Under the pieces are notes generated by a model that was not told the DNA's origin, ran no database searches, and worked only from the letters and a program-made list of their open reading frames with translations. Made by a program: the position numbers and the translations under genes. A stretch of 64,000 nucleotides of DNA. Origin: Rebecca billardiae RCC1528 (taxonomy: Eukaryota; Protista; Haptophyta). Each line of letters begins with the position of its first letter. The first letter of the stretch is position 1. The stretch covers positions 2,232,001-2,296,000 of the forward strand of contig OZ251223.1 in assembly GCA_965240325.2 (NCBI GenBank), read 5' to 3'. This document shows positions 1 through 10,998 of this stretch, piece by piece.

Positions 1-770
1 GCGCTGAGCGAGGGTGGGTGCGCGGGCCGCAGCTCGACAGCGGCGCGCGCGTGCGCGAGCGCGGCGTCCAGCTCGCCCAGCTCGAGGGCTAGCCTCGCAA
101 GCCGGGGGTGCACGTCCACGCAGAAATGGTCCTCCGCCAGCGCGCGTCGCAGAGCCTTTGCGCTCGCGCGCGTCTCGCCCGCATACGCGAGTGCGTCAGC
201 GCGGGCGATGTGAAGCTCGCACCGATCCGGCGCGAGATTGGCGGCCTCGTCGAGCAGCTCGGCGGCTGCCGACCAGTCCGAAGCGTCGGCGCGATTGCGA
301 GCGATCTCGGTCAGTGCCGACACAAGCCCCTCGCGCGCGGCATCCGCCTCGGCACCGCCGCGTCCAGCCACCGCCAGTGCGCGCCGCCAGCGCGCAGCCG
401 CAGCATCCGCGTGTGGGGTCAGGCGTGCGAGCGCAGCGTGCGCGGCTGCGAGGGATGGCTCGAGCTCGAGCGCGTACTCAAGCGCTGCTTCCGCCTCGCG
501 CAAGTGCTCGTCCCCGATGCCGACGCCGCCACTCGCCAGCGCCTCGCCTAGAAAATAAGCCGCCTGCGCCGAGCGCGGGTCTGCGGTGTGCGCGTCTGCA
601 AAGCACGCACGCGCGGCTTGGAGCGCGCCGGCAGCCTGGAGCATGACGCCGCGTTGCACCCATTCCTCCGGAGACGTCGCAGCGGGCGCACCGCAGGGCG
701 TCGCGCGTGCCACGCCGGTGCCGAGCGCGAGGGAGGCGAACCACAACGACGGCCGGCGAGTTGGCGCCAT
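1..770 (-). CDS. TPR-repeat protein with N-terminal signal peptide (5' part; runs off the left edge)
   Basis: Manual translation from ATG 770: MAPTRRPSLWFASLALGTGVARA...AAYFLGEALA...EAEAALEYALELEPSLAAAHAALA...LGELDAALAHARAAVELRP. These are TPR-like helical repeats. The ORF is absent from the ORF track because it has no stop in the window. Confidence 0.8.
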   Translation of the reverse strand, partial: MAPTRRPSLWFASLALGTGVARATPCGAPAATSPEEWVQRGVMLQAAGALQAARACFADAHTADPRSAQAAYFLGEALASGGVGIGDEHLREAEAALEYALELEPSLAAAHAALARLTPHADAAAARWRRALAVAGRGGAEADAAREGLVSALTEIARNRADASDWSAAAELLDEAANLAPDRCELHIARADALAYAGETRASAKALRRALAEDHFCVDVHPRLARLALELGELDAALAHARAAVELRPAHPPSLS

Positions 771-952
771 CGTCGCGGGCCTTGGGCGGCGATCCTGCCG
801 ACGACACAGCGTCCTGCGCCGGATTGACGGTTGGCCTGCCGCGATAAATTGACTGCGCTGGGGGCGGTTGCTCAGAACGTCCGCCAGTTTCGTCGTCGGA
901 GCAGATTCCCGCCTTGAGGCGCGAACACACCGACGAATCAGTCCAGAACGAC

Positions 953-1930
953 ATGGCCGTCTCGTGTCTTCTCTCCATTTCCGTCGCCCTCGTGGCGTGG
1001 CACGGCGGTGCCACGCCGCGGGCCATGTCGTGCGTGTCCTCGCACGCGCGTATGACGTCCGTGGAGACGGCGCAGACGTCTGTCGAGGCACTCGCCGCCG
1101 CATGGAAGCTCGTGCGCCGCGAGGCGGATGCGCTCGAGGGCGCGCGGTACGAGATGCAGCCGACAGACCTGGCGAACGAGGCCGCTGTGTTCAAGGTGAC
1201 GGTCGTACGGAGCGTCGAGTCGCCTTCCATCGGAATCAGCCTCTTCGAGGCGGGCGCCGACGGCGACCTCGGCCTGGTCATCGTCGATGGCATCGTGGCA
1301 GGTTCGAATGCCGCGGCGCTCCCGGCCGGCTCTGTGCAGGAAGGCGACGTGCTCGTCGCGGCCGGCCTGCCGGGCAAGCCAAAGACGAGGACCGAAGGGC
1401 TCGCGTACGACGCAACGGTCAGTGTCCTTGCCGGCCTCGACCCGGCCGCCGGTGCCGTCGAGCTCGTGCTCAAGCGCGTGCGCCGCCGTCCCATGGTGGG
1501 GCTCACGCTTCAGTTCCCGCAGTCGGATGGTCGGCCCGACGCTCGCGTCGAGCTGCCGGCGGGGGCCAACCTGCGCCAGGCAATGCTCGCGCACGGCATC
1601 AAGCTGAACGACCCGCTCGCGCGGCGCTTCGACGCCGGTGTGGGCACCGGCGACTGCGGCGGCGAGGGATGCTGCTGCACGTGTGCCATGGAGGTCCTTG
1701 AGGGAGGCCAGCTGCTGAGCGCGCAGGGCACGCAGGAGGCGCAGATACTGCGCCGCTTCCCGCGCTGGCGGCTGGCGTGCAAGGCAGTGGTGGAGCGGCT
1801 CGAGGAGGATGCGGAGATGACGGTGCGTGTCACTCCGCGTGGCTGGGATGGCTTCTACGGTACGGAGGAGCGCGATGCGAACGGCAAGCAACTCATGCGC
1901 AAGGGCCAGAACTCTGACGAGCAGTATTAA
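953..1930 (+). CDS. PDZ-like plus 2Fe-2S ferredoxin domain protein, probably plastid-targeted
   Basis: Hydrophobic leader; PDZ-like IGISL...VIVDGIVAGSNAA...VQEGDVL; ferredoxin motif CGGEGCCCTC...WRLAC. Confidence 0.85.
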   Translation: MAVSCLLSISVALVAWHGGATPRAMSCVSSHARMTSVETAQTSVEALAAAWKLVRREADALEGARYEMQPTDLANEAAVFKVTVVRSVESPSIGISLFEAGADGDLGLVIVDGIVAGSNAAALPAGSVQEGDVLVAAGLPGKPKTRTEGLAYDATVSVLAGLDPAAGAVELVLKRVRRRPMVGLTLQFPQSDGRPDARVELPAGANLRQAMLAHGIKLNDPLARRFDAGVGTGDCGGEGCCCTCAMEVLEGGQLLSAQGTQEAQILRRFPRWRLACKAVVERLEEDAEMTVRVTPRGWDGFYGTEERDANGKQLMRKGQNSDEQY

Positions 1931-2284
1931 GCTGCTAGCTTAGGCTGCTTAGGCGGGCTATATTTACTATATTGATTGACTGCTGCTCCGATACGCTACA
2001 ACAATAATATTCGATCTACGGATGACATGCTAGCTGATATACGCGAATTTAAGCCTATAGCTGCTGTGTAACAGTACGTGCGTCTGACTAGTCTTATCCG
2101 AGTTTCAATATTATTGATAAAATAATTCAATATATCATTGGTAAACTCTTAAGACTGTAAAATAATTGCATCATGCTGTAAACACTCTCATCTGTAGTCC
2201 GTCACGCGGCTACGACCGTCGTGAGCCTAGCAGTAAGAACTCTACTGAACCCGGCGACTCAAGACTACGTTATTACGACGAAGC

Positions 2285-3673
2285 CTACGAGTGCGAATCG
2301 AGCAGCAGAGGCCGATGTCGATGATGAAGCGTGTGCTGCAGAGCGCCTGCGAGCTGCTCGACGTCACCGTGCGGCGCAGCAGGGAACGCCGCGCTGAGGC
2401 GCCTGCCGATCAGCACAGCCGCGGCGTCGAGCACATGCGCTGGCACCAGCTCGCCCGGCATCGGCCTGGCGAGATCGGCGCGGCTCGAGGCTGCGGCGTC
2501 GGCAGCCGCTGAGGCGACACGCCCGTTTGCGGGCGCGTTGATACGAGCCACTCCCTCCGGTGGCAGTCCCGGCGGCGGCTTGGGCACGCGCTCGAGAGAA
2601 TGGGCGGGCAGCGAGGTACGGCGCGCGCGCAGCGAGAACATGCGCAGTCGCCCGGAAGATGCCCGCATCGGCCGGGGCGGCGAGCCGTCGCCCGCATCTG
2701 CTGCCCTGGGCGGAGGCGGGTGTGGCTGGAGCCGCGGCATGCGCGCGGGCGCCGGGAGCGCTCGAATGTCATTCGCCGGCAGAGCGTAGTACACGACGAG
2801 CAGCCCGTCACCGCGCCGGCCGAATGGGGCGGCGCATGTGATCGCTCGCAGCCTCGCCACGTCTGTCGGCGGGTGTGGCCCCGTGCCCGCCAGCCCAGGC
2901 ATGGCTATCGGGTGCAGAGGCAGCTCGGCGCTCGCGCGGCCGTGCGTGACGAGCGCTGCCCACGCATCTCGGTGCGTCGGCCCCGTGAGCGCGGCGAGGC
3001 GTGCGCGGCCATCGCGCGCCGCAAGCGAGAGCATGGGCGCGTGCGAGTCCGAGCCCTCCGCCGGCTCGCCCCGCCCGTCCTCCACCGCGGCCGGCGCGGC
3101 CGGCGCGAGGAGGTGCACTCCCAGCACGTCTTGTCGAGCGAGCAGGGGGCCGAGCCAGAGCTCCTCGAACGGGGGGGCGGCGAGCAGCGGGCGCATGACG
3201 CGCTCCTCGAACCCAGCGAAAGCGGCGAGCGTGCGCGGCGCCTCGTTCGCCTCGTCGTGTGCGCCGTTGAGCGCGGAAGCGGCCGTGTACGACGCGAGTG
3301 CGGCATCCAGCTGCCCCTTCAGCGCGCGGTGCATCTGCCGCAGCTCTGGCCCGTGCGCGCCTTCGAGGCCGTCGGCCAGAATCGTTGCCGTCAGGCTCGC
3401 GCCGCGCAGCTCATCGCTTGCCTCGCACACGAGCGCGACGAAGAAGTGCTCGCGAGGCTGCACGACAGCGCACACGCCGGCGATGCCAACACGACGCTCG
3501 CCTCGCGCGCAGCCCATGCCCTGGAGCATGCTTGCAAGCAGCTTGCAGAGCGGCGCGAGCCGCAGCTGCACCCTCCCGCTGAGCAGTGCGCTGCCATCCG
3601 GCATGGACACGATCAGGCAGCGGCCCAACGGGCTCACGACCAAGCCACAGTGGACATGCGCCGCCGCCGCCAT
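2285..3673 (-). CDS. Hypothetical protein (N-terminus possibly longin-like)
   Basis: 462-aa ORF with coding-like composition, divergent from the TPR gene at 3792. The domain call is weak. Confidence 0.6.
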   Translation of the reverse strand: MAAAAHVHCGLVVSPLGRCLIVSMPDGSALLSGRVQLRLAPLCKLLASMLQGMGCARGERRVGIAGVCAVVQPREHFFVALVCEASDELRGASLTATILADGLEGAHGPELRQMHRALKGQLDAALASYTAASALNGAHDEANEAPRTLAAFAGFEERVMRPLLAAPPFEELWLGPLLARQDVLGVHLLAPAAPAAVEDGRGEPAEGSDSHAPMLSLAARDGRARLAALTGPTHRDAWAALVTHGRASAELPLHPIAMPGLAGTGPHPPTDVARLRAITCAAPFGRRGDGLLVVYYALPANDIRALPAPARMPRLQPHPPPPRAADAGDGSPPRPMRASSGRLRMFSLRARRTSLPAHSLERVPKPPPGLPPEGVARINAPANGRVASAAADAAASSRADLARPMPGELVPAHVLDAAAVLIGRRLSAAFPAAPHGDVEQLAGALQHTLHHRHRPLLLDSHS

Positions 3674-3791
3674 CGCCCCCGGCCCGCGGGCGGGACACAG
3701 AGGGGCACCGGCGCGCTCCGCCCGGACCCCGGCCGGACGCCGTTGTGCCGCAGCCCGTTACTGGGAGAGCTGCTGTTCGTCACAATCGGCG

Positions 3792-5924
3792 ATGGCGTCG
3801 TCCACGGCGGGCTCGCGCAGGTCCACGCCGGCGAAGCTCAGCCCGTACAGCTCGATATCGACGTCGCGCTCGCGCCGCCTGGTGGAGGAGTACAAGCACA
3901 ACCGCAGGCTTGTCGAGCGGCGCACCCCCGACGACTACGTGACCCTCGGCCAGGCGTATCTCTCGAGCGGATACGCCGAGCCCGCGATCCGATGCTTCTC
4001 GGTCGCGCTCATGGAGGGCCCGCCGCGTGTGGACGCCATCTTCGGCCGTGCGAACGCGTACGAGCTGATGGGCCGGCACGAGACCGCGATCGTCGACTAC
4101 ACCGCCTGCATCCAGCTCGACCCGCTCACCCCGCAGCTCTTCAAGTCGCGCGCGAGCGCGCTGCTCTCTCTGGAGCGCTACGACGAAGCCCTGCGCGAGT
4201 GGCACGCGGCGATGGCGATCTCGTCGTTCGACGAGGACCCGGACGCAAAGGAGGCGTACGGGCGCACGCTGTTTGAGCTCGGGCGGCACGAGCAGGCCGA
4301 GGCCGAGCTCACCGCCCTCATCAACGCCGACGGCACGCGCGCGTTCTCGCACTACTTCCGCGCGTGCGCTCGGCTCGAGCTGTACGGCGAGGGCGACCAA
4401 GGCGCGGCGAGCGACTTCGCGAAGGCGCACTCGCTCGACCCGAGCCTGCCGACGGTGCTTCGCGAGCGCGCCGCCGAGGACCTCGCCGCCGGGCGCGTGC
4501 TCGCCGCCGCGAGCACGCTCGGCCGCTGCATCCGGCTCGACCCGTACGACGCGACGCTGCTGCTCGAGCGCGCGCGCTGCTGGCTGCGGCTGGACGAGCC
4601 GCAGGAGGAGTCGGCGCTCGCCGACCTGGAGGAGTGCACCGCGCGGCTGGAGGAGGTGTCGGGGCTCTCGTTCGGCGGCACCTCCGACGGCCACGAGCAG
4701 ACCCTCATCGACTGCCTCACCCAGCACACCGAGCTGCTGCTACGGCGCGGAGAGGCGCACCGCGCGGGGCCGCTGTACGACAAGCTGCTGCGCGCGCGCC
4801 CGCCGCCGGACGCGCCCGTCTCCGCGGTGATGGGCCGGCTGCGCGCGACGCTGGGCGCGCGCGCGCGCGCACTCGCGCTGGGCGCCGCGTCGAGCTTCCG
4901 CTCGGTCCGCGGCGCCGCCGCCACCACCGGGCCGTGGCCCGCCGACGTGGTGCGCGCCGTCGCGCTCGACTCGGACACGCTCTGTGACTTGTACGCGGCG
5001 GACGGCGTCGGGCTCGACCGGCTCGTCGAGGCGGTGCTCGAGCTGCCCGACGCGCACTACTGCGCGGCGCAGCTGGGCGCGCGGCGCGCGCGCGAGCTGC
5101 TCGCGCCCGGCGAGCTGCGCGCCGAGACGCTCGCGCGCGCGCTCGCCGACTTTGGCGCCGCGCACCGCGCCGGCTTTGACGTGCGCTCGCGCGGCCGAGG
5201 CCGGCCGGGCGTGCTGGTCACGACTGCGTGGGCGGAGGGGTGCCTGGAGCCCGCCCCAGACCCGGCGGCCGAGCACGGCGTGCCCAGCCTGCGCGCGCTC
5301 GCGGTGACCGCGCTCGCGCTCGCCGAGTGCGCCGCCGACGACGAGTTCCCGCCGCCGCCGCCCGACGGCGCGAGCGCGTCGGGCGCGATGGAGGATGCGG
5401 CCGATGACGGCGACGGCGTCGGCAGCGTGCGGCCGAGCAGCCAGGGGAGCGCGCGCGACGGCGCGCACGGCGTGCCCGAGGCGCCGTTCGTGCACGAGGC
5501 GCTGGCCGCGCACGTCGCGCGCTCGTGCCTGCCGCTCGCGCCCGTGGCGGCGGCGCGGCTCCCTCCGCTCGAGGTGGGGCGCACGCTCCTGCACCACGTC
5601 GGCTGCCTCTGGCGCGCGGCCAGGCCCACCCAAGTGCCGTTCGAGCCCGCGCGCTGGGTCGCGGTCGCCGCGTGCGGCGGGCTCTTGTGCGCATCGCACG
5701 CGTACGGGGGTGCGATGCCCGAGCCCGCGCCGAACAAGCAGGCCAAGGGCACGCCGCGCGCAGAGCCGCGCTCCCTGCTCGCCCTCGCCGTCACTGCGCT
5801 CGGGAGGGCCATGCCGCGAGACCCGGCCGTGCCGCCCGAGCTGCCCGCAGCGGTGCGTGCTGCGCGGCGCGCGCGCGCGACGGCCCCCGCGCGCCCGTAC
5901 ACGCAGCGCACGTCCCGGCTCTGA
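3792..5924 (+). CDS. TPR-repeat protein
   Basis: Repeats such as YVTLGQAYLSSGYAEPAIRCFSVAL, AIFGRANAYELMGRHETAIVDYTACIQLDP and LFKSRASALLSLERYDEAL. Likely start at 3792 (MASSTAG). The 3' end could be extended by splicing. Confidence 0.85.
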   Translation: MASSTAGSRRSTPAKLSPYSSISTSRSRRLVEEYKHNRRLVERRTPDDYVTLGQAYLSSGYAEPAIRCFSVALMEGPPRVDAIFGRANAYELMGRHETAIVDYTACIQLDPLTPQLFKSRASALLSLERYDEALREWHAAMAISSFDEDPDAKEAYGRTLFELGRHEQAEAELTALINADGTRAFSHYFRACARLELYGEGDQGAASDFAKAHSLDPSLPTVLRERAAEDLAAGRVLAAASTLGRCIRLDPYDATLLLERARCWLRLDEPQEESALADLEECTARLEEVSGLSFGGTSDGHEQTLIDCLTQHTELLLRRGEAHRAGPLYDKLLRARPPPDAPVSAVMGRLRATLGARARALALGAASSFRSVRGAAATTGPWPADVVRAVALDSDTLCDLYAADGVGLDRLVEAVLELPDAHYCAAQLGARRARELLAPGELRAETLARALADFGAAHRAGFDVRSRGRGRPGVLVTTAWAEGCLEPAPDPAAEHGVPSLRALAVTALALAECAADDEFPPPPPDGASASGAMEDAADDGDGVGSVRPSSQGSARDGAHGVPEAPFVHEALAAHVARSCLPLAPVAAARLPPLEVGRTLLHHVGCLWRAARPTQVPFEPARWVAVAACGGLLCASHAYGGAMPEPAPNKQAKGTPRAEPRSLLALAVTALGRAMPRDPAVPPELPAAVRAARRARATAPARPYTQRTSRL

Positions 5925-6352
5925 CTCCGTTCTGCCCCTCACAACCCGCCCGCGCGTGAACGCCGCGATCGGACGCTCGCGCTCCACCAGCCGGGCGTCA
6001 CTGCGGGCGCAGACGCAGAGGCGATGCACGCCTTCCGAGCCCTGTGGGAGAGTGCGCGCCCAGCCGAGCCGGAGGAAGGGGGCAAGCCCAGCGGTGGCGG
6101 CGGCAAGAAGGGCGGGAAGAATAAGTAGCTCCGGTGAGTGGCCGTAGAACCGCGCCGCCCGAGCCGGCTCTTGGAATATGCTGAGGGACCTGCGTACACT
6201 GTGGGCGCTCAGCCTCAGGGGACCTGCCAGTGTAACGGCCTTGAACGGGAGTAACGGCCAACGGGTTACGCGTAACCCTTGAGATCTACACTGACAATCG
6301 TACGTCGTCAGACACTACTGAACCAACGGACCGCGGGACCGTACTGTACATA

Positions 6353-7020
6353 CAGGTGGGTGAGGGCAGAATGAGACAAAATCCCGGATCGTGTTTTGCG
6401 CTCCACCACGATGGCGCTCACGCCCTTCGCGCACGTCGTCGTGGAGGGCATCAGACGAAGAGTTCAAGCTGCGAGTCTCGTGGGCTAACTCCATGCCGTT
6501 GAGGAGCACGAGCACCATCAAGTTTGTCTCACTTTGGGGGGGTGAGGGCACTTTGAGACAAACCGCGTGCGCACGCCCGACGAGCTCACCAACTGGGGAG
6601 AGCAAGCTTCCCATGGGCTCTTGGCGCGTGTCTGACGTCCCTACTACCTCCCATGGCATGGCCAGCCGTCAGGTTGGCGTCCCCTTGCAGTAGTAGACTA
6701 CCTTGCTCACGTCACTGAAGGGCACCGTGCATCGCGGTTCACGGCCGTCTCACAGTGGCGGGGCACGTTCGGCGGCTACGTTTGGTGCGTGCAGGCCAGG
6801 CATGGGCAGCGGGGCGGCCTGCAAACGAGCGGAGGTGCCAGGCATGCACCTTGGGCACACATGTGACGCGTCTCGACAGACTTGCGTCCACCTCACCGGG
6901 CGCTGTAGCGCGTGCGAGGCGGGCGCCATGCACCACGCCCAGTGGGCGCCACTGGACCGCCACTGGGCCGCCACCTTTGTCTCAAAGTGCCCTCTGTCTC
7001 ATTCTGCCCTCATCGACCTG
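6353..7020. mobile_element. Non-autonomous Tc1/mariner-type MITE (668 bp)
   Basis: TIRs CAGGTGGGTGAGGGCAGAATGAGACA / TGTCTCATTCTGCCCTCATCGACCTG, with TA on both flanks (6351-52, 7021-22). Internal copies of GAGGGCA...TGAGACAAA. Confidence 0.85.
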
Positions 7021-7092
7021 TACACGGTCGTACAGCGGTACTTCAGAACTTCGTCGCGCGGCCGCGGCCGCGCCCGGGCGGGCGCACCCACG

Positions 7093-10000
7093 ATGCCCCG
7101 ACGAGACGCGAGCGAGAAGGCGACGTGCGAGGGCTGCGACTACGAGTTCTGCGCGAAGAACCTGGCGAAGCACAAGCGGTCGTGCGCAGCCTACCAGGCG
7201 CTACTCTCGAGGCAGCAGCAAGCTTTCGCTGCGTTTCACAGCTTGAAGCGCGGCGCGGTTGAGCTCGCGTCCGACCCCATCGAGGACGCAGACTCTGACG
7301 ATGACGATGCAGGTGCTGCGGGCGCAGCGCGCGCGGAGCCGAGCCGCCGGCGCATCGACGAACCCGGCGACGTCCAGCGCGCCAGCTGGACGCCGCCAGA
7401 GCCGCGGGCGAGACAGCCCAGCTGGACGCCGCAAGGGCCGCGGGTGAGCTCGGCCGATGACTGCGCTGCTGCCGACGCACTGGATTTGACTCAAGCAGAT
7501 GGCGACGGCAACGGTGATGACGCGCCACGCGCACTGCTGCCGCCCTCGAGCCACGGGTCGCTGCTCATGGAGATGGCGCGCGTGAGCGAGCAGATGAGCG
7601 CGGAGATTCGCAGCCTGAAATCGCAGCTGGCCGGCCTGCCGAAGCAAGTGGCGCAAGCGGTTCCAGATGCGCTGCAGCGGGTCGAGAAGGAGCAGCGCGC
7701 GCGGCGCGACGCGGCTTCCGCAGGGTCTCCACTCGCGACGCAGATCGGCCTCTGCGGCAGCGCTGCCGACATCGTCCGGATCCCCGAGGCGCAGATGCGG
7801 CTCGACCACACGGGCGTGGATGAGGTGCTCGTCTGCAACGTCTGCTTCAAGTACGTGCGGATGGGCGAGCTCGGGAGCGGGTACGGCATTGGGGTCTTCA
7901 CCTCGCTGGAGCGGGTGCCGCAGCTCAAGCAGCACGTGATTGCGCACCTCCTCAGCCCTACCCACCTGGACGCTGCGGCGAAGGCGGCGCTGGAGCGCAA
8001 GACGGAGGCGCTCAACACGACGGCTGGCCGCAACTGCGCGCGGCGCGTGCTGATGGTCGTGCTCGAGCACCAGAGCTACCTCGCCTACGAGCGGCTGATC
8101 GCGACGGGGTCCGCCGAGGGCGTGGAGGTCGGCACGCTCAACCACAGCGCCGACTTCGCGCGCAAGCTCGTCGCGAGCATGCATGTCGCTGTCCTCGACG
8201 CCATCGAGCGGCTGCTCACGACCGTGGACCCGGCGACCCGCATGCGGCCGGCGTTCGCACTAGTCGCTGACAAGGCGACGCAAGGGCGGCAGACGGGCCA
8301 GATGGTCGGCGTGATCGTCATGACCAAGGGCGTCAAGGCGGCGCTGCTGCTCGGCATCGAGGTGGTGCGCGCTGCCCTCGCAGAGAGCGGCGCGATGATG
8401 GCGCCGGGCTCGGGCCGGTACCTCGCGCTGCACCTCCTCGCGACTCTCATCGGGGGCAAGCCGCTCAAGCTCAAGAAGGCGGACGTGCTCGAGCAGCTGA
8501 CAGCGGTCGGCTTCGACGGGCAGTACATGGGCGCTGAGCAGGGCAACGCCTCCGGGCTCGACGTCGCTGGCGCGATGTGCGCCCTCCTCGACATGCGCCC
8601 CGGCTGGCTGCTGCCGTGGTGGGACGGCGCGCACATGCTCGAGCTTGCGGTCGGCGATGCGCGCAAGCTTGCCGTGCTGCGCTGGTGGGCCGACCTGCAC
8701 GTGTTCATCTCCGGCGTGCAGTCGAAGTACCTGTACGGCAAAGGCTTCGACCGCGTGTACCTCGCCGCCCGCCGCGAGATGCACAAGCTCGGGCGCGAGG
8801 TTCAGCAGGAGGCGGAGCGCCAGGCGGCGGAGCGGGCGGAGCCGAGTGCCGACGCCGACGAGTCTGAGCTGCCGAGCGGCCTCGGCGACTCTGGCGACCT
8901 CGGCGACCTCGGCTACCGCGGCAACGGGCAGTGGGCGGTCGAGTGCATCGAGCGCGAGCGCCGCACGAGTTTGGGCGCGAGCGAGTTTCTCGTCAAGTGG
9001 GAGGGCTGGCCCGCGGAGCACAACTCGTGGGAGAAGGAGGCGAACATCGACTCGGGCCTGGTCGCCGAGTTCCGCAAGCGCGCGGATCGGCAGGCGGTCG
9101 AGAACATCCAGCGCGGCGCAGGCGCGGCGAGCGGCGCGCGCGAGCACGCCGGTGCCATCGCTCGGCCAGCCACGGCGGCGCGCAGCTCGACGTGCGCCGA
9201 CGCCGACTCGACCGCAGCGGCTCGCGCCCCGACCACGTCGCTCAGGCGAGCGCGCGCACGACGGCATCAGCGCGCGTGTGCGCGGGCAGTGGGGGCGACT
9301 CGCAGCGCTCTACCACTTCTGCGACACGCGCATGGCGCAGTCCGAGCGCAAGGTGTACAAAAACTTCCTGCGCAACCTGCACCTCTTCGTGCTGGACATG
9401 AATGAGAACGCGTCGCCGGTCGAGGTCGCCAAGGCGCGCTCGCTCATCACCGCCGTGCGGCTCATGGGCGCCATCGACGTCCTGCGGCACGTCAAGGACG
9501 CGTCCCTCGCCGAGCAAAAGGTGAACTCGCTGCTGTGGGAGCGCGATGCTGCCGCTCGCGCCTTTATCGAGCTCCTCCGCCAACTCGAAGGCGACCTGCG
9601 CCGAGGCGACGTGTCGCGCGTGATGCCCGCGCCGGCCGGCTCGCAGCAGCTGGGCGTGCCCGCTCTCGAGTTTCTGCGCGCCAACATGGCCGACCTCGAG
9701 AACTGCACGCTGCAGCTGATTCGCGAGCACAAGGCGATCTCGCTGACGCTGCCCTCGGAGCTGCGGCTCGGCACAGCTTTCCGCCGCGAGTTCCCGATGA
9801 TCGAGTCGGAGCCCAAAGCGGAGGAGGCGCGACGCGCGATCAAGTTCGCGCTGAACGGCGTCGCCGAGATGGCGAAGCGCATCGCTGACAACTACGAGCT
9901 GCGCAGGTTTCGGCAGCAGGGCAGCGCCGAGCATCTGCTTGCGGCGATGGCGGGATGCCTCGACCTGCGCAAGATGGCCAGCTTGAGCGTCGAGGGCGAG

Positions 10001-10708
10001 CAGTACCGCACTCATGCTGCTGGGCATCTGCGCACCCTCGCCGGCTGGGCGCGCCCGTCTGCCGGAACGCCCTCCGGCTCCGCGCGCGGCGCGCGCACCG
10101 TCGCCGACTTTGTCGGCGCGCCCGACTCTGCTTCCTGGTGGCACGGCATCACGCTGCCGCGAGACGAGGTGGTCGTCGGCGAGTTCAACGCGCTCTGCCG
10201 CTTGCTGATCGACGCGAGTGAGCTGCACCGCGCGCGGTGGCTCGGGGCGACCAGCTCGACCGTGCTCGCGCAGGACGTCTTCTCTCTCCCCAAGTTCTAC
10301 GAGTGCTGCCCCAGCTACCTCTACCTCTTCCAGCACTGCGCGCTCAAGGGCGCGTCTGAGGCGGTCGTCGAGGGCATGGGAGGCGTGTGGGACCGCTGCG
10401 CGACGCCAGGGCGCCACCTCTCGTTCAAGGCGGGCGTCGAGGAAGCAGTGGTCTGCTGGAACGCGCCCAAGCCGCACCTCGCCGAGTGCACCCCCTTCCT
10501 CGATCGCGCGCTGTCGATCCACTTCAAGGGCAGGGCGTGGCACTTCACGCACACCTCCGCGGCCACGCGGAACCGCGCCGGGCAGAGCAAGGTCGTGCAG
10601 AAGCACGGGCGCGGCGGGTCCAAGCTGCCCGCTGACATCTGGAAGGTGCACGGTGGCACGCGCGCGGCGCGCCCGCCGCCCAACACGGCGCCGGCGCGCG
10701 TGTGCTGA
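7093..10708 (+). CDS. hAT-like (KIAA1586/ZNF862-type) DDE transposase with zinc fingers and an inserted chromodomain; one inferred intron (~9152-9245)
   Basis: N-terminal C2HC finger (CEGC...HKRSC); CNVC...HLLSPTH finger; FALVADKAT (D1); AVGFDGQY (D2); WDGAHMLEL (CxxH-equivalent); chromodomain WAVECI...FLVKWEGWPAEHNSWE; CDTRM; SEAVVEGMG (E). A GT-AG intron 9152-9245 (or GC-AG 9122-9245) joins the two ORFs in frame. Confidence 0.8.
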
Positions 10709-10998
10709 CATCCCCCTGCCCCGTGCTCACGCCTGCGCAGTGAGCGCCCTGCGCTTGTCGCTTGCGCCAATGTCGGCATCGAGGTCTACGTCACGCAGCC
10801 CCGCGCACGCCGCCCCTGCGGGCCGGCGCGCACGAAAACAGCCATAACTCTTCACCATCAACTCGGATCGAGGTGCGGATTGAAGCATTTGCATCGTCAA
10901 GAGCCGGCGCCCGAGCGACCCGCGAGTCGCAACTCGGGGCGGCACTGGCGCGGTGGCGTATCGGATCTGATGTTACATCAGCCTATGGGGGTACTGCT

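Noticed and set aside
6703-7092. N-terminal extension of the transposase ORF
   Set aside because: It lies mostly within the MITE and uses a non-ATG start.
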